The notes beneath the pieces are model-generated. The model was not told the origin of the DNA. It worked only from the letters and a program-made list of their open reading frames with translations, and made no database searches. From positions 1,488,001 through 1,552,000 of the forward strand of contig JAYWIR010000004.1 of NCBI GenBank assembly GCA_036172245.1: a stretch of 64,000 bases of DNA, in the 5' to 3' direction. Of this stretch, positions 12,480-25,679 are shown in pieces. The DNA comes from Raillietiella orientalis. Taxonomy: Eukaryota. The translations under genes and the position numbers were made by a program. The first letter of the stretch is position 1; every line of letters begins with the position of its first letter.

Positions 12480-14300
12480 AGTTCGTGATAGATATTCTGA
12501 GAATCATTAACGCTGGAATAACAAATACGAGAAGAAAAAAAAAAAGCACAGGACCTTAAGAAATAATCAAGAAATTCGGAAATAGAGAGTATGGAGCAAA
12601 AAGTTTTATGCACTCCCTCCTCCCCCTGAATGCAGCAAACTCCTGACAATGAGCTTTCCTGTTCTAGAAAGCTCCGTTCCCTGAAAAGTTTGCTTGATAA
12701 GGGAATTTTCAAGGAGCCAAGAACAACTGAATCTTCAAATTCACTTTTCCAGGCCGAAGTTTCCCGGAGGGATGTATTCAAGAACAACCTGTCTCTTGTC
12801 TTATCTTTCAGAGGCTGTACGCCGTCCATCAGGAAATCTCTTCTGAATAATAACTTCTGTACCACGCACGAGGTCTCCGGGGAATCTCTTGAAAACGAGT
12901 TGGTAACAGAACTCTGTTTTCTTCTTCCAGATGACAGATTTCTGCAACTGGAACCAAATCCAAAAGAGGAGGTGATAGAGGGTGCTTTCTCGGAAAGAGT
13001 GATCGAGGAGCTGGATTTTCCAAATATACGTACCTAAACGGGACTCTGCACACATTTTTAGATGGCCTCAACTTTCGGCACGCATCCTTGCAGAGGGAAT
13101 CAGCAAATGCTGACTGGCACTGATGAAATAATCTGCAACAGGGAGTCTTTCCGAGAGCCACTTCTTGACAAGAATCCGCCTATCGAGATTTTTCGACTTG
13201 AAAAGTTTCCAGGATTGCTTGCCGTCCGATTCCACATCCTGAAGGACTCCTGCGAAGCCCTCCTGTAAACCCAACTCCAAGAGTGCAGGGAATCGCCTCG
13301 ATGCATTCTCCACGCCGATGCTTCAATGGAGTCTGTAAGTGGAGAGGGAAATCGGCATGAAGGAACACAGGACGGGCGATTAACCGTGGTCTCTGAAATG
13401 CGATTCGTTCGAGGTTTGCAGCGGCGAGGTGGGGTCACTTTGTGTCCCATGCTTATTCTGCACCTGGCCCAAGTATTCGCAAGGTACCAGCATCTAGCTG
13501 ACGGAAAAGGGAGAAAAAATGTACAGAATTTTCCGAGGATGCAAGAGCGAGGTACGTGTACTGTTTGGATCCTAAGAGTACCATACGGATGCCAGCATCA
13601 CCTCCAGGTAGAAGTCAGCTGGAAAGAAACAGGCCGGGAAAGTCCAAGTGAGGTTCCTTTTGTGTGTGCTCCCAGCAATTTTGGAGGGGAAAGGGGGCCA
13701 TTTCACAATACGAGTAGATTATCATTATCAATAAAATGGGATCCCTTGGTCTGCCAGGAGCTTGGAAATTGCTTGCTGAGACCGTTGACCACAGCAGCGT
13801 GTCCTGTGCCGAAGCGATGGAGTCCACGTCGCCTGCCTGCAACTCTTTTTGAATATGCAACGACTCCATGCCACACGGCAGCGTTATTTATTTAAGATTG
13901 AAGGCGGATGAAACCTATGCTGCATTAGTATTTATCAGTATTTTCTTTCCTACCCATTTATTATTAGTGTGAAGAAGACTTATGGTGTGGTGTATGCTGG
14001 CGTTTACAAATTATTGTTGGCAGAAACTATTTTTCCTGCAAAGATGGGAGGGAAATCGTTCCTTTTTTGTAGAATTACCGATCGACTGCCGCTGAGGGAG
14101 CCCATGATTACCCGAAACGCACTTTTAAGAACCCTCCTTCGAGTCATATTACAATCTACTTCTAATCTGATCGGAAGGGAAACAAATGAATTCAGGAGAT
14201 CGCAGAGAATCTGGAAGACGGAACGGGTTCTTCGCACAGACAGCATCCTCAAGAACGGTTCCAATTCACCCAAGTCCATGGTACAGTTGCAAGAAACCAT
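12480..14300 (-). mobile_element. Degenerate L1/Tx1-type LINE (RT C-terminal half to zf-RVT region)
   Basis: ELEPFLRML (L1-type LEPFLRxL after SPLLF), then FQILCDLLNSFVSL, then WKLFKSKNLDRRILVKKWLSERLPVAD followed by LCKDAC, in correct order on the minus strand. Confidence 0.6.
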
Positions 14301-14493
14301 TTCGGGATGACGTCACACGTGAAGTCTTACTGAGGCGGCTTCTTGGATTGTATGGTTTTGCATTTTTCGCCTGACACATCTTGTAAATTTCATAACACCA
14401 TGCTTTGCATGCACTATTAAGAGATTATTAAGTGGTGCAGCATCGTTTGATTGCATTGTGTGCCACTGTGAATTCAATGATCAGTCCAGCCAC

Positions 14494-15210
14494 GCCCGCG
14501 TCGGCGGCCGCGTAGCTAAGGTCTCTGGGAGTGGTAGCAAGCTCTGAGGGTTCGAGCCCCCCCGTAAAGGATCGACGCCCAGAAACGAGTGCGTCCTGGG
14601 TTTCGAGTCTGCCCGCAGGATGGCTCTGGTTGGCCTATTCTGGTGAGGCAGTGGTGGAAGTCCCTAAACCGGGAACCCCCGTTGACTGGCCGGGATTGGC
14701 AGTTGACCCTCCGGGGTCCTTCCAGGAATCAAAGAGTCGGTTCCCTTCGGGATTCCTCTACGGTTGTGAAATTGGAGCCGTCTCACACCTTTGGGGGAAC
14801 CCCCCATCGCGTACCATGGAGCTGGTGGATTGAAACTCTTCCAGAGTGTGGCCGAAGTGCTCTGCTCCCTTCGGGGGGCAACCCTTCAGAGAAATTTGGA
14901 AGCGTCCCTTCGGGGTTCCCTTCAGAGGAGGAGGAAACCAAGAGCGGTTCCCTTGAGGGTCCCCTTCGGAGAAGAAAAAATGGAAAATCGGTCCCCTCCG
15001 GGGATCATTCCGGAAAGAATAAGGAAGAGGTTCCCTTCAGGGTTCACTCCCAAGCGTGAGAGAAACAGACTCCCCTTTCCGAAGCTTTCCTGGATTCACA
15101 GGGTGGTCTCCTCCCAGGGTACCCTCTAACTTGAGGAGTTAACACTCATCCGAGTATGGCGTAGGACAGTGTGAAAGAACTGCGTGACCCCCAAGGCAAA
15201 AGATACTTTT
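14494..15210 (+). mobile_element. Long tRNA-derived SINE-like element
   Basis: A-box-like TAGCTAAGGT (14513) and B-box GGTTCGAGCCC (14549-14559); GC-rich structured body; ends in an (AAT/AAC)n tail; homologous diverged copy on the minus strand at 41659-41738 plus 40830-40896. Confidence 0.75.
14855..15060 (+). repeat. Degenerate ~40-45 bp tandem repeat (about 5 units) with GTCCCTTCGGGG/TTCCCTTCAG cores
   Basis: Units begin near 14855, 14900, 14940, 14984 and 15025, each with an AAG/AAA start, a CCCT(T/C)C(G/A)GG-like core and a purine-rich spacer; a related core occurs at 14739. Confidence 0.7.
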
Positions 15211-15580
15211 AATAATAACAACAACAATAACAATAAACCCCACAACAACAATAACAAAAATAATAATAGCAACAACAACAACAATAATAATAACGCCAAT
15301 AACAATAACAAGAACAATAATAATAAGTACAATAAAAACAAAATCAAGAACAATAACAACAATAGTAACAAAAATAATAACAATAAAAACAACAATAGCA
15401 ACAACAAGAACAGCAGTAATAATAACGGCAACAACAACAACAATAAAAAAAAGAATAAGAACAATAAAAACAAGATCATGAACAAGAACAACAATAACAA
15501 CAACAACAACAATGTCAATGCTGATAACAGTAACAAAATATCAAGAACAAGAAAAACAGTGACAATAATAATAATAAAAA
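15211..15580 (+). repeat. Imperfect (AAC/AAT/AAG)n trinucleotide microsatellite, likely the expanded SINE tail
   Basis: ~370 bp of AAY/AAR triplets directly abutting the SINE-like body. Confidence 0.95.
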
Positions 15581-16549
15581 GGCATGATGAAGGAAGGAAA
15601 CTGAAATCCCTAGTACCGTCTCCTCATGAGTGGCAAGTGTCAGAGCTGCTTGCGGTTCATCTCCGAAAGTCCTGAGATTTCGGTACACCAGAAATTCTGA
15701 AGGTGAGTTCGAAATCTCTTGGCATTTCGCAGGCCTTGGGTGGGGAGCTGCAGAATGCACACAGCGCAGTAGCTTTCGCCTGTGAGGGAAGCTTCCACCA
15801 CATTCTGAGAGTCTGAAAGAACGAATCTGCGAAAGTCCTCAGCACTCTCGCATCCGAGATGATTGGAGCCAGCAGCTGCGGAACCTAAAGATTCTTCAGA
15901 TGCAATCTCCCCATCTTCGCGACTTTAAATCGGAAATTTCCCTTTGGATCTCGTGCCAGAATTCCAGCTTTTTGCAGGGCGATCCCATTTCCACCTTTGT
16001 AAAAGGAAAAATCCCCATCCTGGTGTATTCAGCCGATTTCTCAATTTGATCCGAGGCAGCTGAATGTCGTAGAAGCAGAGGGCCGCCAGTTGCACGTCAG
16101 CACTGGGGGGAGGGGAATTCCTAGTGATGGGCATCGAGAAGTCCTCCCCAATGAAATCATCGAAATAGAAGAAATGGTAACTGAAAGAGCCATTATTTGA
16201 GGTTTTCGAGAAAAAAGACGAGGATGTTGAATCTGTAACACCAGAAAAAAGGACAATAACAAATGCTGATGCGGTGTGCTACTGATGGACTCTGCATGAA
16301 ACCAGTAGCTGCGATGGCGAGGAGCGGACGACCGAAGAAGACAAAATCATCCGTGCTTTTCGGAAAACACACAAGACACCGGAGCTTCAGGCACTCTTCT
16401 CCCATGCGTTTCCACAACAAGAGAACTGAAGATTCCGAAGATTATGGAGCTCTCGAAAGCGGTTTGGAAAAATACTGCTGTTTTGCCCAAGATGGGAGCG
16501 AAAATTCGGCGGAGCGAACGTTTGTTTTCTTCTTAAAAAGAAAAAGGAA

Positions 16550-18680
16550 AAGATGATGATTGATCTCGTCCTCCCTTGGACCTCGTCTCAAGACCACGTC
16601 GCAAATAAAATCGACGGCACGTAGCGGACCCCAAAGTCGCTTTCCCATCTTTCGAGCTGCTGGATCCACGGCTTGCTTTCCTTGCCACACGTGTTTGTGG
16701 AAGTCCTGGAGCGGGAGGGATGCGTTGCCGCCACTCTCCATCCTCGAAGGCGGATTCAGGAAGCGCTTCTCTCATGGGAAGGATGCGTGACCGGGAGGAA
16801 AGCAATTTGGGAAAACAGCTTGCTGTCTCCCTTGCATGCAAGCAGAAACGCCATCATCAGCTAATCGAGGAAAGGAGGGAGGGAGTCGCCGAAAGAGTTC
16901 CTTCCCTCTAAAAGTCTCTAGAAAACACGGAAGGGGAGACACGGGAAGGAAAAACGGAACGACAAGATCCCATCAGGAACGCTTCGGCAATTGGGAGAAG
17001 ATGCCGCACGTTTCGTTTCCAGCTTCAGAGGAGGTAAAGAATGCTTGCTGGCGGTGCTGCTGAAGCTCGCCTGACCTCGGGCACCAGCGCTGCTGTCGAG
17101 GTAGCACCTCCCCTCCCGGGAAGCGAGGAACGGAGGATCCTCCTCGCAAAGGGATTCCGAGCAGGGTGACGCCGAAAAGAGAGAGTGAGGGAACTGCAGG
17201 ATCGTCCTTCTGGATTTGAGGCTCTCCAGGTTGCCCAAATACACTCTGAGAATCGGCGTGTTGCCGGACGCGAGACGACTTCCTCACGTCCGGCAACAGC
17301 GGGAAAGAGCGCGCGCTTGGCATTCCTGGGTGGGGGAGCAGCGTCCTCGTCTTTGGGCGAGTGCGAAAACCATGGACCATTTGAGTCATGATGGAACCCC
17401 GCTGAGGAATGCTTTCCCCCTAAGACGGTTCGCATCCATGTGCTCTCCTGGACAACTTGGAGATGCATCCGTTTCTAAGTTCTCCTTACCATCTGGATAA
17501 TTCTCAAGATTTCCTTTCAAGTTTCAAAAGTGTGTGACGAGTGGTAGAGAAAAATAGGTAATTAAAAAGATATGGAACAATTAATCAAAGAAAGAGATTC
17601 TCCCCCCCCCCCTCCTCATCTTGATCTCTCGCGAATCTCTCTGACGAGCGACTTCCTTCCCAATGATTAAAGTAGCTGCGAGCGAAGAGCATAAAAAGAT
17701 GAGTATGGTCAGCACATCCTCTCATCCGTTTGCCATAAATATAGATGAAGAGCTTCATCAGCCACATGCCACACAACAGCGACGTGGTTCGCGTGTGCAC
17801 CAGGCGTGTTGCGCCGGATCACGTGAAGGCAGCAGCCTGCTAAATCCTCTCATTGCCTCTTCAGGTTCCACTGTGAACGGTTCCGTCTTTCCACTACGTC
17901 ATCGTTGACGCGAGATAACATTTTTCTATTAAAGCAGGGTGATTCATCACGCATCACCAGCGGCCTTGACAAAATGATGAACTGTTTCCATGGATTGCGC
18001 AGGAGAGAGATTCTACCCTCCTGCATGCGGAGGCAGATGAACTTCCGAAGACAAAAATCTTCCAAGAGAAAACTAACCGGAAGGTGCCCAATCTGGTCCG
18101 CACACGGGTGTTTACTTGGTAAAGCCAGGCACATCAAGAGACTGCTGCACCGTGTTGCCGTCATTCGGGACTGGGTCATCCGTTTCGACCTCTAGGAGAA
18201 TCGTGCATCGCTTCCTCAAGATGAACGAACCACGTCGGTGCAAAGAACGAGGCGAATGCCGTGCGGCCGGGAATTTTTTACCTTGAAGCAAATTCGCTGG
18301 CCACTGCGAGTAGCCGTCTGAGATCCCCAGGCTTTCCTTCCAGAAATACCACTGAATTTGTTGAGGACCACGCCGCTTGCTGTTGGGACATCTCTGCTCC
18401 AACTGTTGTCGGAAATCTTGAACGTGACTTCTGCATTGCGTCATCGAGATGGCATTTTGGTCGCTGCTCTTTCTCACATCACTTCCGCTTGCACTGTGCC
18501 TGGGAGCTCGGATCGGGAAACGCCGTGCCCCTCAGCCTATATTCGCCTCCCTTCCTCTTCGTGAGGATCTGCTCCATACCGAGAAAATCAAAGAGGTATT
18601 CCGGAAGCGCAGGTAACTGTCTGTCGAGTACTCCTCGTAGACGTGGTCATCCACGAAGAGTGATCGACATCAGGTAAGAA
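16550..18680 (+). mobile_element. Highly degenerate L1/Tx1-type ORF2 (APE C-terminus through RT), interrupted around 17500-17890
   Basis: Ordered motifs: KIDGT (RID), AIWENSLL (WKLNxSLL), IFLLKQGD, GKARHI...IRDWV (GRxIxD..IRD), PLSLYSPPFLF (PLSPLLF), LVDVVI (YADD-like). Confidence 0.6.
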
Positions 18681-19299
18681 CTCGACGCGGCTGCAATCGC
18701 CGTGGTCAATGGTACAAATCTCAATGTAGCCAGATCGTAGGAGGACTACTTTCTTCTGTGTACGAAAGTGGTGCTGGTGGATTAACATTCTCATGGACGG
18801 TTACGTGAAAAACCAACAGGAGAGTTCCAGAGTAGATCACATCTTGTATTTCTTGTATATCTTCAGTTTATTCTTGGAGATATTAGCACTTCGCCGATTC
18901 AGGCATGCCGACTTGAGTAAGACGAGGGATGTTGACTGCAGTCGTAAGCGCTGGGGGATGTTTGTGTCAAGCAGACCCTGTGCCTCAGGAATAAACTATC
19001 CATCTTGGCTTTACTTGAGTTCCGTCTTCTCTCAAAGATTTACCTTTCTCTTTTGGATCTGCTATTTCGGAAACTGATTTCTCATCTCTAGCAAATCGAG
19101 AGCAGCGCTTCGTTCTTGTTCTGGTCAATTAGACTGACTTATCGATTCACCGCCTGATTGAATTTAATTTACTGTTTCGAAAGAGCTTCTCCTTTCCCAT
19201 CGTCTCCCTTTCCATTTATTCGACATTTGAGAAAGATTGCAAGCGCCTGCCTTAGCTGAGCAATCTTTGCCAAGCGCCTCGTGTTCCGTAGGTCCAAAC

Positions 19300-19750
19300 T
19301 GCGAGAAACGCAAGAAAAGCCACTGTTTCTCCTTCTCGAGCGAGATGGCTGCGCTGCAAGGGAGAACACTTTTAGGAATCGGATCGGGAAGTGAAGATCT
19401 TCACGGCATCCATTCGTTCACATTTCAGTCATGAGACACTGTGAGCCTTTTTAATCTGTCTTCCAGTATCGATACGAGAGCCTCAGAGTGAATCCAGAAT
19501 GATTCTTCTACAGCTGAAACCGTTTTGCAGCCGCTTACTACGTTGGGTGCCACGGGTACTGTTAGCATAGATCATGTATCTTTCGTAAGAATCGGACGGA
19601 GACTAATACTGTGGCTTCTACTGTGGTCATCAAAGGCTATCGCCAACTATCGAAAATGTCTTTCGGTTTATGGGTACACCTGGTCTCGACACGTGCGCCC
19701 ACATTCTGGCTTTGCGATTCTTCAGCTGCGCACTTGTAAGTTCTTAGTAT
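19300..19750 (+). mobile_element. Possible decayed APE endonuclease fragment
   Basis: EMAALQG (DIAALQE-like) and YTWSR motifs in the expected order; weak. Confidence 0.3.
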
Positions 19751-20649
19751 GGAGATTGGATGGTGGATCGGAGATTATGGAGATTTGGATTCCTCCTAAA
19801 AGGACTTTTCTCAGCTATGGTGGGGTTCCTCTTTTGCAAAAATGGAAAAGTCAGGTGGCTTTTGTCAAGTTTTACATTTTCCGCTGAATCACTAAAGCAA
19901 GTTGGATTCTGGTCGATGTGAACACGGATACAGTTTTGAATGTCTGCCATATCTGAGTTCGATTGGGATTGACCATAGCATCTTTTGAGGCAGCGCCTCC
20001 TTGGATTAATATCCATTCTTAGAATATTTTCCCTGTTTTTTTTTTTTTTTGTTTTCTTATGCCGCTTTCTGGCGACGAAACGCCAAAAGGCAGGAAAGGT
20101 TCTGTCCCGGAAGTCCAAGAGCGAGCTCGACTCTTGAGAGCCATCCGTCTCCAGCGTCGGTCCAGTAGGCCGTTACGTACTCCTTAGTGGCGGATTCTGA
20201 CTTCCACAGTTGCCACAATCCCTCTGCTCACAGACAACCAACACCTTTCAAGGGATCTCACCAGCGTCTTATCGTGCAAATTATCTCAGCGTTTGGTTTC
20301 CATTCCGCAGAGCCAGTTCTGTTTACCAAAATTGGCCCTCTGGGCGCATCAGTCTGAGCTTTAGTGTTAGCAGCAGGCCAGACTTCTCAACCATTTAAAG
20401 AATCTTCTTGGGTTTATCTTTCCTCCCCAGGCCCATAAAACTACTTCCCTCATGGTGTAATTGGAATTTTGTTGAATGAATTTGAGATAAGCAATCAGGT
20501 CAGCTGATAAATTCACCGCAAGTCCAGTAGCTTATCAGTGTTTCTACAGTGGGATCCAGGCACGTGGCCAGACAAGGCAAGGAAGACCATCTGAATTTCG
20601 CTGGGTTTGAATTCTCTTCTTCATGGTGTTCCCTTGTTAGCTGAACGCC

Positions 20650-21480
20650 GTAAACGGAGGTAGCAATCGTCGAAACCTATTAAGTGAGTATTTAATGGGC
20701 ATTATTTACACGAGTCCAGGCAAAAATTTCGGTCCGATCGGATCATACTGGGATGAGAATTCCCTGTGATGTAAATAGTGAGGGTCAACGTTCAATCTGC
20801 ATAAACACTCATGCAATGGAAAAAAACGAAACGTGGATAAGCAAGGCTGCATATAGAGGAAATGTGACCAAAAAAACTATATGCTTGTGGATCGATAAGG
20901 AAGTGGATGCTGACTAAGAGAAACGAACTGGATTGTATCCTGTCTGATGAAGCAGCGTTTCTCTTTTCCGAGGCTGAATCACCCGATGCATTCGATCGAG
21001 TGTGCATGATGTGAGCATCCTCCGATGATGTGAAAGGATTTCATGCGTCTGATTGAGCCAGAGAGTCTTTCAGTGACTTCGTCTAGATGAGAGCTCTGGA
21101 GAAAGTACCTGGGGAATTTCTCTGAGAATGTTCATCTCAAGAACGACCAGCCATCCCGTGAAATGGATGCTGGAGGTAATTCAGGAACATCATTCGATTA
21201 CCATGAAGAATCGATAGATGAATATTATTCAATGCTCGATTTTGTGACTGTCGCCAAACCTTGTCACGATCGATGCTGAAATAACCAACAGTTTCGAATT
21301 GGCGCGTTTCCTTGGGTACTGCCGTTTAAGACACTGGTTAAAGATCGGTGCTGGGAAGCGGGAAAACCATTCTCTTTTATTCAAATCAGGACGATCAGAT
21401 CTACAATTTTTGATGTAAATCGAATCAACTGTTGCTTCGATTCCGAATTCAAAAATAGCATTCGTATTTGACTCTGAAAG
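20650..21480 (-). mobile_element. Decayed CR1/L2/Jockey-type RT
   Basis: PAPIFNQCLKRQYP (IFNxSLxxGxxP), later SVYAD* (YADD) at ~20795, then WTRVNN. Confidence 0.6.
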
Positions 21481-24099
21481 TTGCAATCTGTGAGATGTTG
21501 GTTCTCTCGAGACCTAGAATGATATACAGGCTCATAGCACTGCATCCGATGTTCACAAACTGTAGGAGCGACGTGTTCTCTGTCCTGTTGTTCTTTAATA
21601 GATCCATCCACAGCTGCACATCTCAAAGACGGTTTTTTCCGTGCTTGCAACTTGTCTTCGGTAGCGGAAATGACTGGAACCATAGGTTTCTAATCAGCAA
21701 GATCATAAATCCCTTGAGAATGCATCATGTCCAGGTAACTTCGGGAAGTAATTCTTAAGAAACAAGTTTCTCTCTGCGGTGTCAGGTACTCTATACTCTT
21801 CAATTTACACTACACTCTTCTCATTATCTCTTTCTGGGCTGTAGCAGAAGCAGAGGACACATTCTATCCATCAGTTTTGCGCGAAAGAGATCGTAGCACC
21901 TCCCAGTTCTACTGAGGAGTGCTACCTAAGGAAATAATGCAATAATTTCTGGAAACCTCTCAGAACATTATCCATAAACAGAAAATTTCTCATAGAGTTG
22001 TATGTAAGTAGTTCGTTTCTGTTGAGAAATTCTTTGATTTTGTTCTGGACTGCTCATTCTAGATGCAGTCCGTGTGGATCGCCTACGTTAGACAATCCTA
22101 CAAGCAGCATGGGAATGATTAATCAACTGAATGGATCATTGAATAATTAAATAAATTAATTTTTAATTGAGTGGATATTTTGAACAGCTTCCGTTCTTGA
22201 CTATTTTTGGCCGTTTCGACGCTTGACACCTTAAAGATGGAGATCTAGGCACTTCGTAATGCTCAAGAAGCGACGACGTGACATGAGTAGTTTGGTGGCC
22301 ATTTTGCAGTGACATGAGTAGTTCAGAGATGAGTCCAGGAAAGCAGTTCAGTCATCGCCATTTGGAACGACTACAGCGACTTCCTTAAGACTTCTGACTC
22401 CATTTTTCCCCGCATTTATCTCATGCTTTGTTATCTGTATTGATTCAGATTTTCATGTGATGAAAAATTTTCAAAATAAATCCAATCCATCATGATTTGC
22501 CGTGCTTCGGTTCTTCGCTTTTCTTTCTGGAGCACTCTCTTAATGCAAACCTCTTCACGCAAATGTTTACCAAAAAAAAAAAAGTCCCGAAGGGGCTCTG
22601 AAGAGCTTTTCCGGAGAGTAGCTTTTGCTTCGGACTCGAATACGGAGCAGTCTCATTCTGCTAATCGTCATGGTGGAGCACCTTGAAATTCAGGAGGGTG
22701 CCGTGCTACTCAAGAGAAGCTGCAAGTGTTAGCAAGACCTTTGGGAATGAGCTGACCTCTTCTCCAATGTTGCGAATCCGTTTGTGTACCCAAGGCGAGG
22801 TGACTTCATGTGAGAGAGTTGATTCCTTTCCATCACATTCATCCCAGAGCGCACTGTGATGTTTCTCGGCAAGCTTCAGGAGATCTTTGCAAACAGCTGT
22901 GCGTGAATCTGATTCCCACAAACAGACAGCATGCTTCTTGCTTTGTTCAGATGACAAAAAAGACTCCCTGCATCAGTGCTCATAGGTAATCATCATTGTT
23001 CACTTGGGTGAAAATTAATATCAGGACTACTAGCCCGAAGAAGTTATAGCATCAAATCTACGCAATCAATATCCGCTCCTTTTTTTTTTTTAGAATAGTC
23101 CATAGCAAGGCCACCGGCGAGAAAGAGTGCCATTTAAGGTGCTGTCATCAATCAAATCTGAATTATCTGGTGTAACAGATGAGCTAGAGTTTTCAAGTCC
23201 TCATTCGAAATAATCAGAATTGTTGTTTTATTTTATAATACTTGTCATACGAGTACTACAGAACAAACAGAGTTCAGCAAAGAAATTTAATACAGTAGTT
23301 GCTGTAGGAACGGTGCAATGGATTCTATGCTTGGTACATGAGCAGGGAATTCACTCATGCCTTCTATTTAGACATGACGTAATATGGAAAACCAAGCATT
23401 CTAAAATTGCTCTGGTGTACAGAATAAAGGCAAACAATAAAAATGCATTTCAAGGCTCTCTCTAATCTGTGTTCTTGTCGCAGATGAAATGTCGGCGGAG
23501 TAAAACTCTTTCAGCACAAGCATCCGTGTGTTGGCATCTTACCAATGAGCTCACTCACTTTTCGTGATAAGGATGTGTCGTCGCCTGGAAAACACATTAC
23601 ATGGTGCTGTATATCAGTGATGGATTTTTCTGCCATATCCGTCAGCAAAATCGGACAAACAGAGAAGGTTTGAGTGGACTGGAATAGATGCTTATGTTTT
23701 CGTCTAAATTTCCACGTGGAAAGTGAATTACTTACCAAAAGCGTAGATGGCGCCTGGAAATGTGAGAGAGTTATTTTTTCTTATTAGTCCATTCAGTGAT
23801 TAGGAGAGAATGCATGCCAAGTGGCAGCAACAGTCGGTATTCTTCCATCTGATCATCAGTTTCTGAATGATATCGAGCCAAAAAAAAGCAAAAAAAATAC
23901 TACGCTCGAGAACACGAAGGAACAGAAATAAAAGATAGCATCTTAAGGGGAGTCTCAAAAATCAGATAAATTCTCACTCTTTAAAACATGTTTCACTCTT
24001 CCTGAAATCGCAATTGGAAATACATGTTCGAAATGCATTTGTGATTTATTAATATTGCTTGATGGCAGTTTGATTTCCTTGTTCCGAAGAGAATATGAA

Positions 24100-24400
24100 A
24101 TACAGACAGCAGAGGCAGTTGAAATTTTTCCTTCCGCAGTACTGTTTTCCCCCCCAAAAAAATCGATCTTTGATATTACAAGAGTACGAAGTTACCAGCA
24201 CCTAACTCCTGTTGTACAGACGGGTCAAAATGACCCTGAGGAAGTCGCAGAAAGACGGTTGCATGAAAGATGCAGGTCATGCGACATCTACGAGCGATTC
24301 AGGGAATTGATTCACAGAACGATTCGAGAATTAACAAACAGACGATTTGGAGCAGAACCCATTCAGCGTCGAACGTGTTGATAAGATAATGTTTTTTTTT
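24100..24400 (+). mobile_element. Decayed RT N-terminal fragment
   Basis: FPSAV...PKKSIFDITRVRSYQHLT...RRL resembles FPxxWK...PKxxKxD...SYRPISL...RL. Confidence 0.4.
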
Positions 24401-25679
24401 TTTTTGTCCTTCCAATCCGATAAATGAAAATCTGAATCATACGCGGGTGAAAGTACATGCTCATCTCTAAATTTGAGAACTGATTCGTGATATCTGAAGA
24501 TCTTCGAATGATTTTGAAGGATGATAGCGAAAGATACCAACATCATTCTGAAGGATTAATAATCACTTCCTCCTTAAATTGATTCGGATGGAACGAACTT
24601 CCCAAAGCGAAGCGGAGACTCAGAATTTCTCACTCCCATGAAAAAGCGCCTTCACACATTCTCCCAGGAATCGAATTGCTTTTGACATTGAGAGTAATTA
24701 CCCCCGAAACTGATCTCCGAATTCAGTTTCATCGGGAAGATCTCGAACTGAAATTTTCTTCGTTCCATCATTTCCCTTCAGCTTGCTCATATGTGTGATC
24801 CAGACAACGTCTCTGTATCTAGCATGAGTTGCCTGCCATCGAAATTTGAATTCGGACAGGGGCTCAACTTTGCAGATAAATGCCGAACGCTGCCATCATG
24901 AACCATGTGAGACTCAGTTTCGTCTGTCCACAATGAGACACGCAGGAGGACGGAAGGATTTCAAAACGGTGCAAGTTTTCATCGTTTTGTGCTTTTCAGG
25001 AGAGATAAAGCAACTCAGACGCATGCTCTCCCTATTTCAAGGACGCAGGGATTTCAGTTTGGAAACATCAGATACGCACATAACATTGTTCCATTATCCA
25101 AATGCACTCACATCTTCCCACAGTGACGTGAATCTACGGTCAGTTACTGCCTTGCTCGGCAAGGATCGGTTCTATCATCTTGGCAGGCGCGGATCTGAAG
25201 CTCCGAGTAAATTCTCCCTCACTCGCAACTGCGCTCACACTCATCTGTCAGACTCAAGAAGCGCTGATTATCTGTTTACACCGGACATGATGCTCTCTGT
25301 ATTTTAACTACGCACTAAAATATTCTACTGCTCTACTATCCTTCTTAATACTTCCAGTGTTCACAGGCCTCGGTCACTGAGCAGCAGACTGTTTAGAAAG
25401 GATCTAAGCGAGCAAAATGATTAAAGATTCAAAAATGTATCGAGATCCATGGCGCAGACTGTGTATGTCGCCCACAGTGCTAAATGTGCACCAGGATCAG
25501 GACACTGAAAAAGGAAAACGGCGTAGAAGGAAACTCGATCCTGAATCCCAAGAGAAATGGCTCTATGGATCCTGCCCTCAGGCGATGAATCGAGAAACGC
25601 CATGACATATGTTAACAAGACAAATTGCTGACCGACAAATTTCCATCTTGTGAATAGAAAACAAAAGTCAAACTTTCTC

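Noticed and set aside
14506..14575. Functional tRNA gene
   Set aside because: Has A/B boxes but no complete cloverleaf (no matching 3' acceptor strand, poor D and anticodon arms), and it continues into a repeat body
14855..15060. CRISPR-like repeat-spacer array
   Set aside because: Repeats are degenerate, spacers are short low-complexity purine runs, there are no cas genes and the context is eukaryotic
15178..15192. SINE 3' end borrowed from the Tx1-like LINE terminus (shared GCGTGACC)
   Set aside because: Only an 8-nt match, the terminal stem cannot form, and the tail type differs
15126..15675. Poly-Asn (+) and poly-Leu (-) ORFs
   Set aside because: Artefacts of translating the AAC/AAT microsatellite tail; no gene context
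22278..22322. 15-bp direct repeat GTGACATGAGTAGTT
   Set aside because: Simple local duplication with no associated structure
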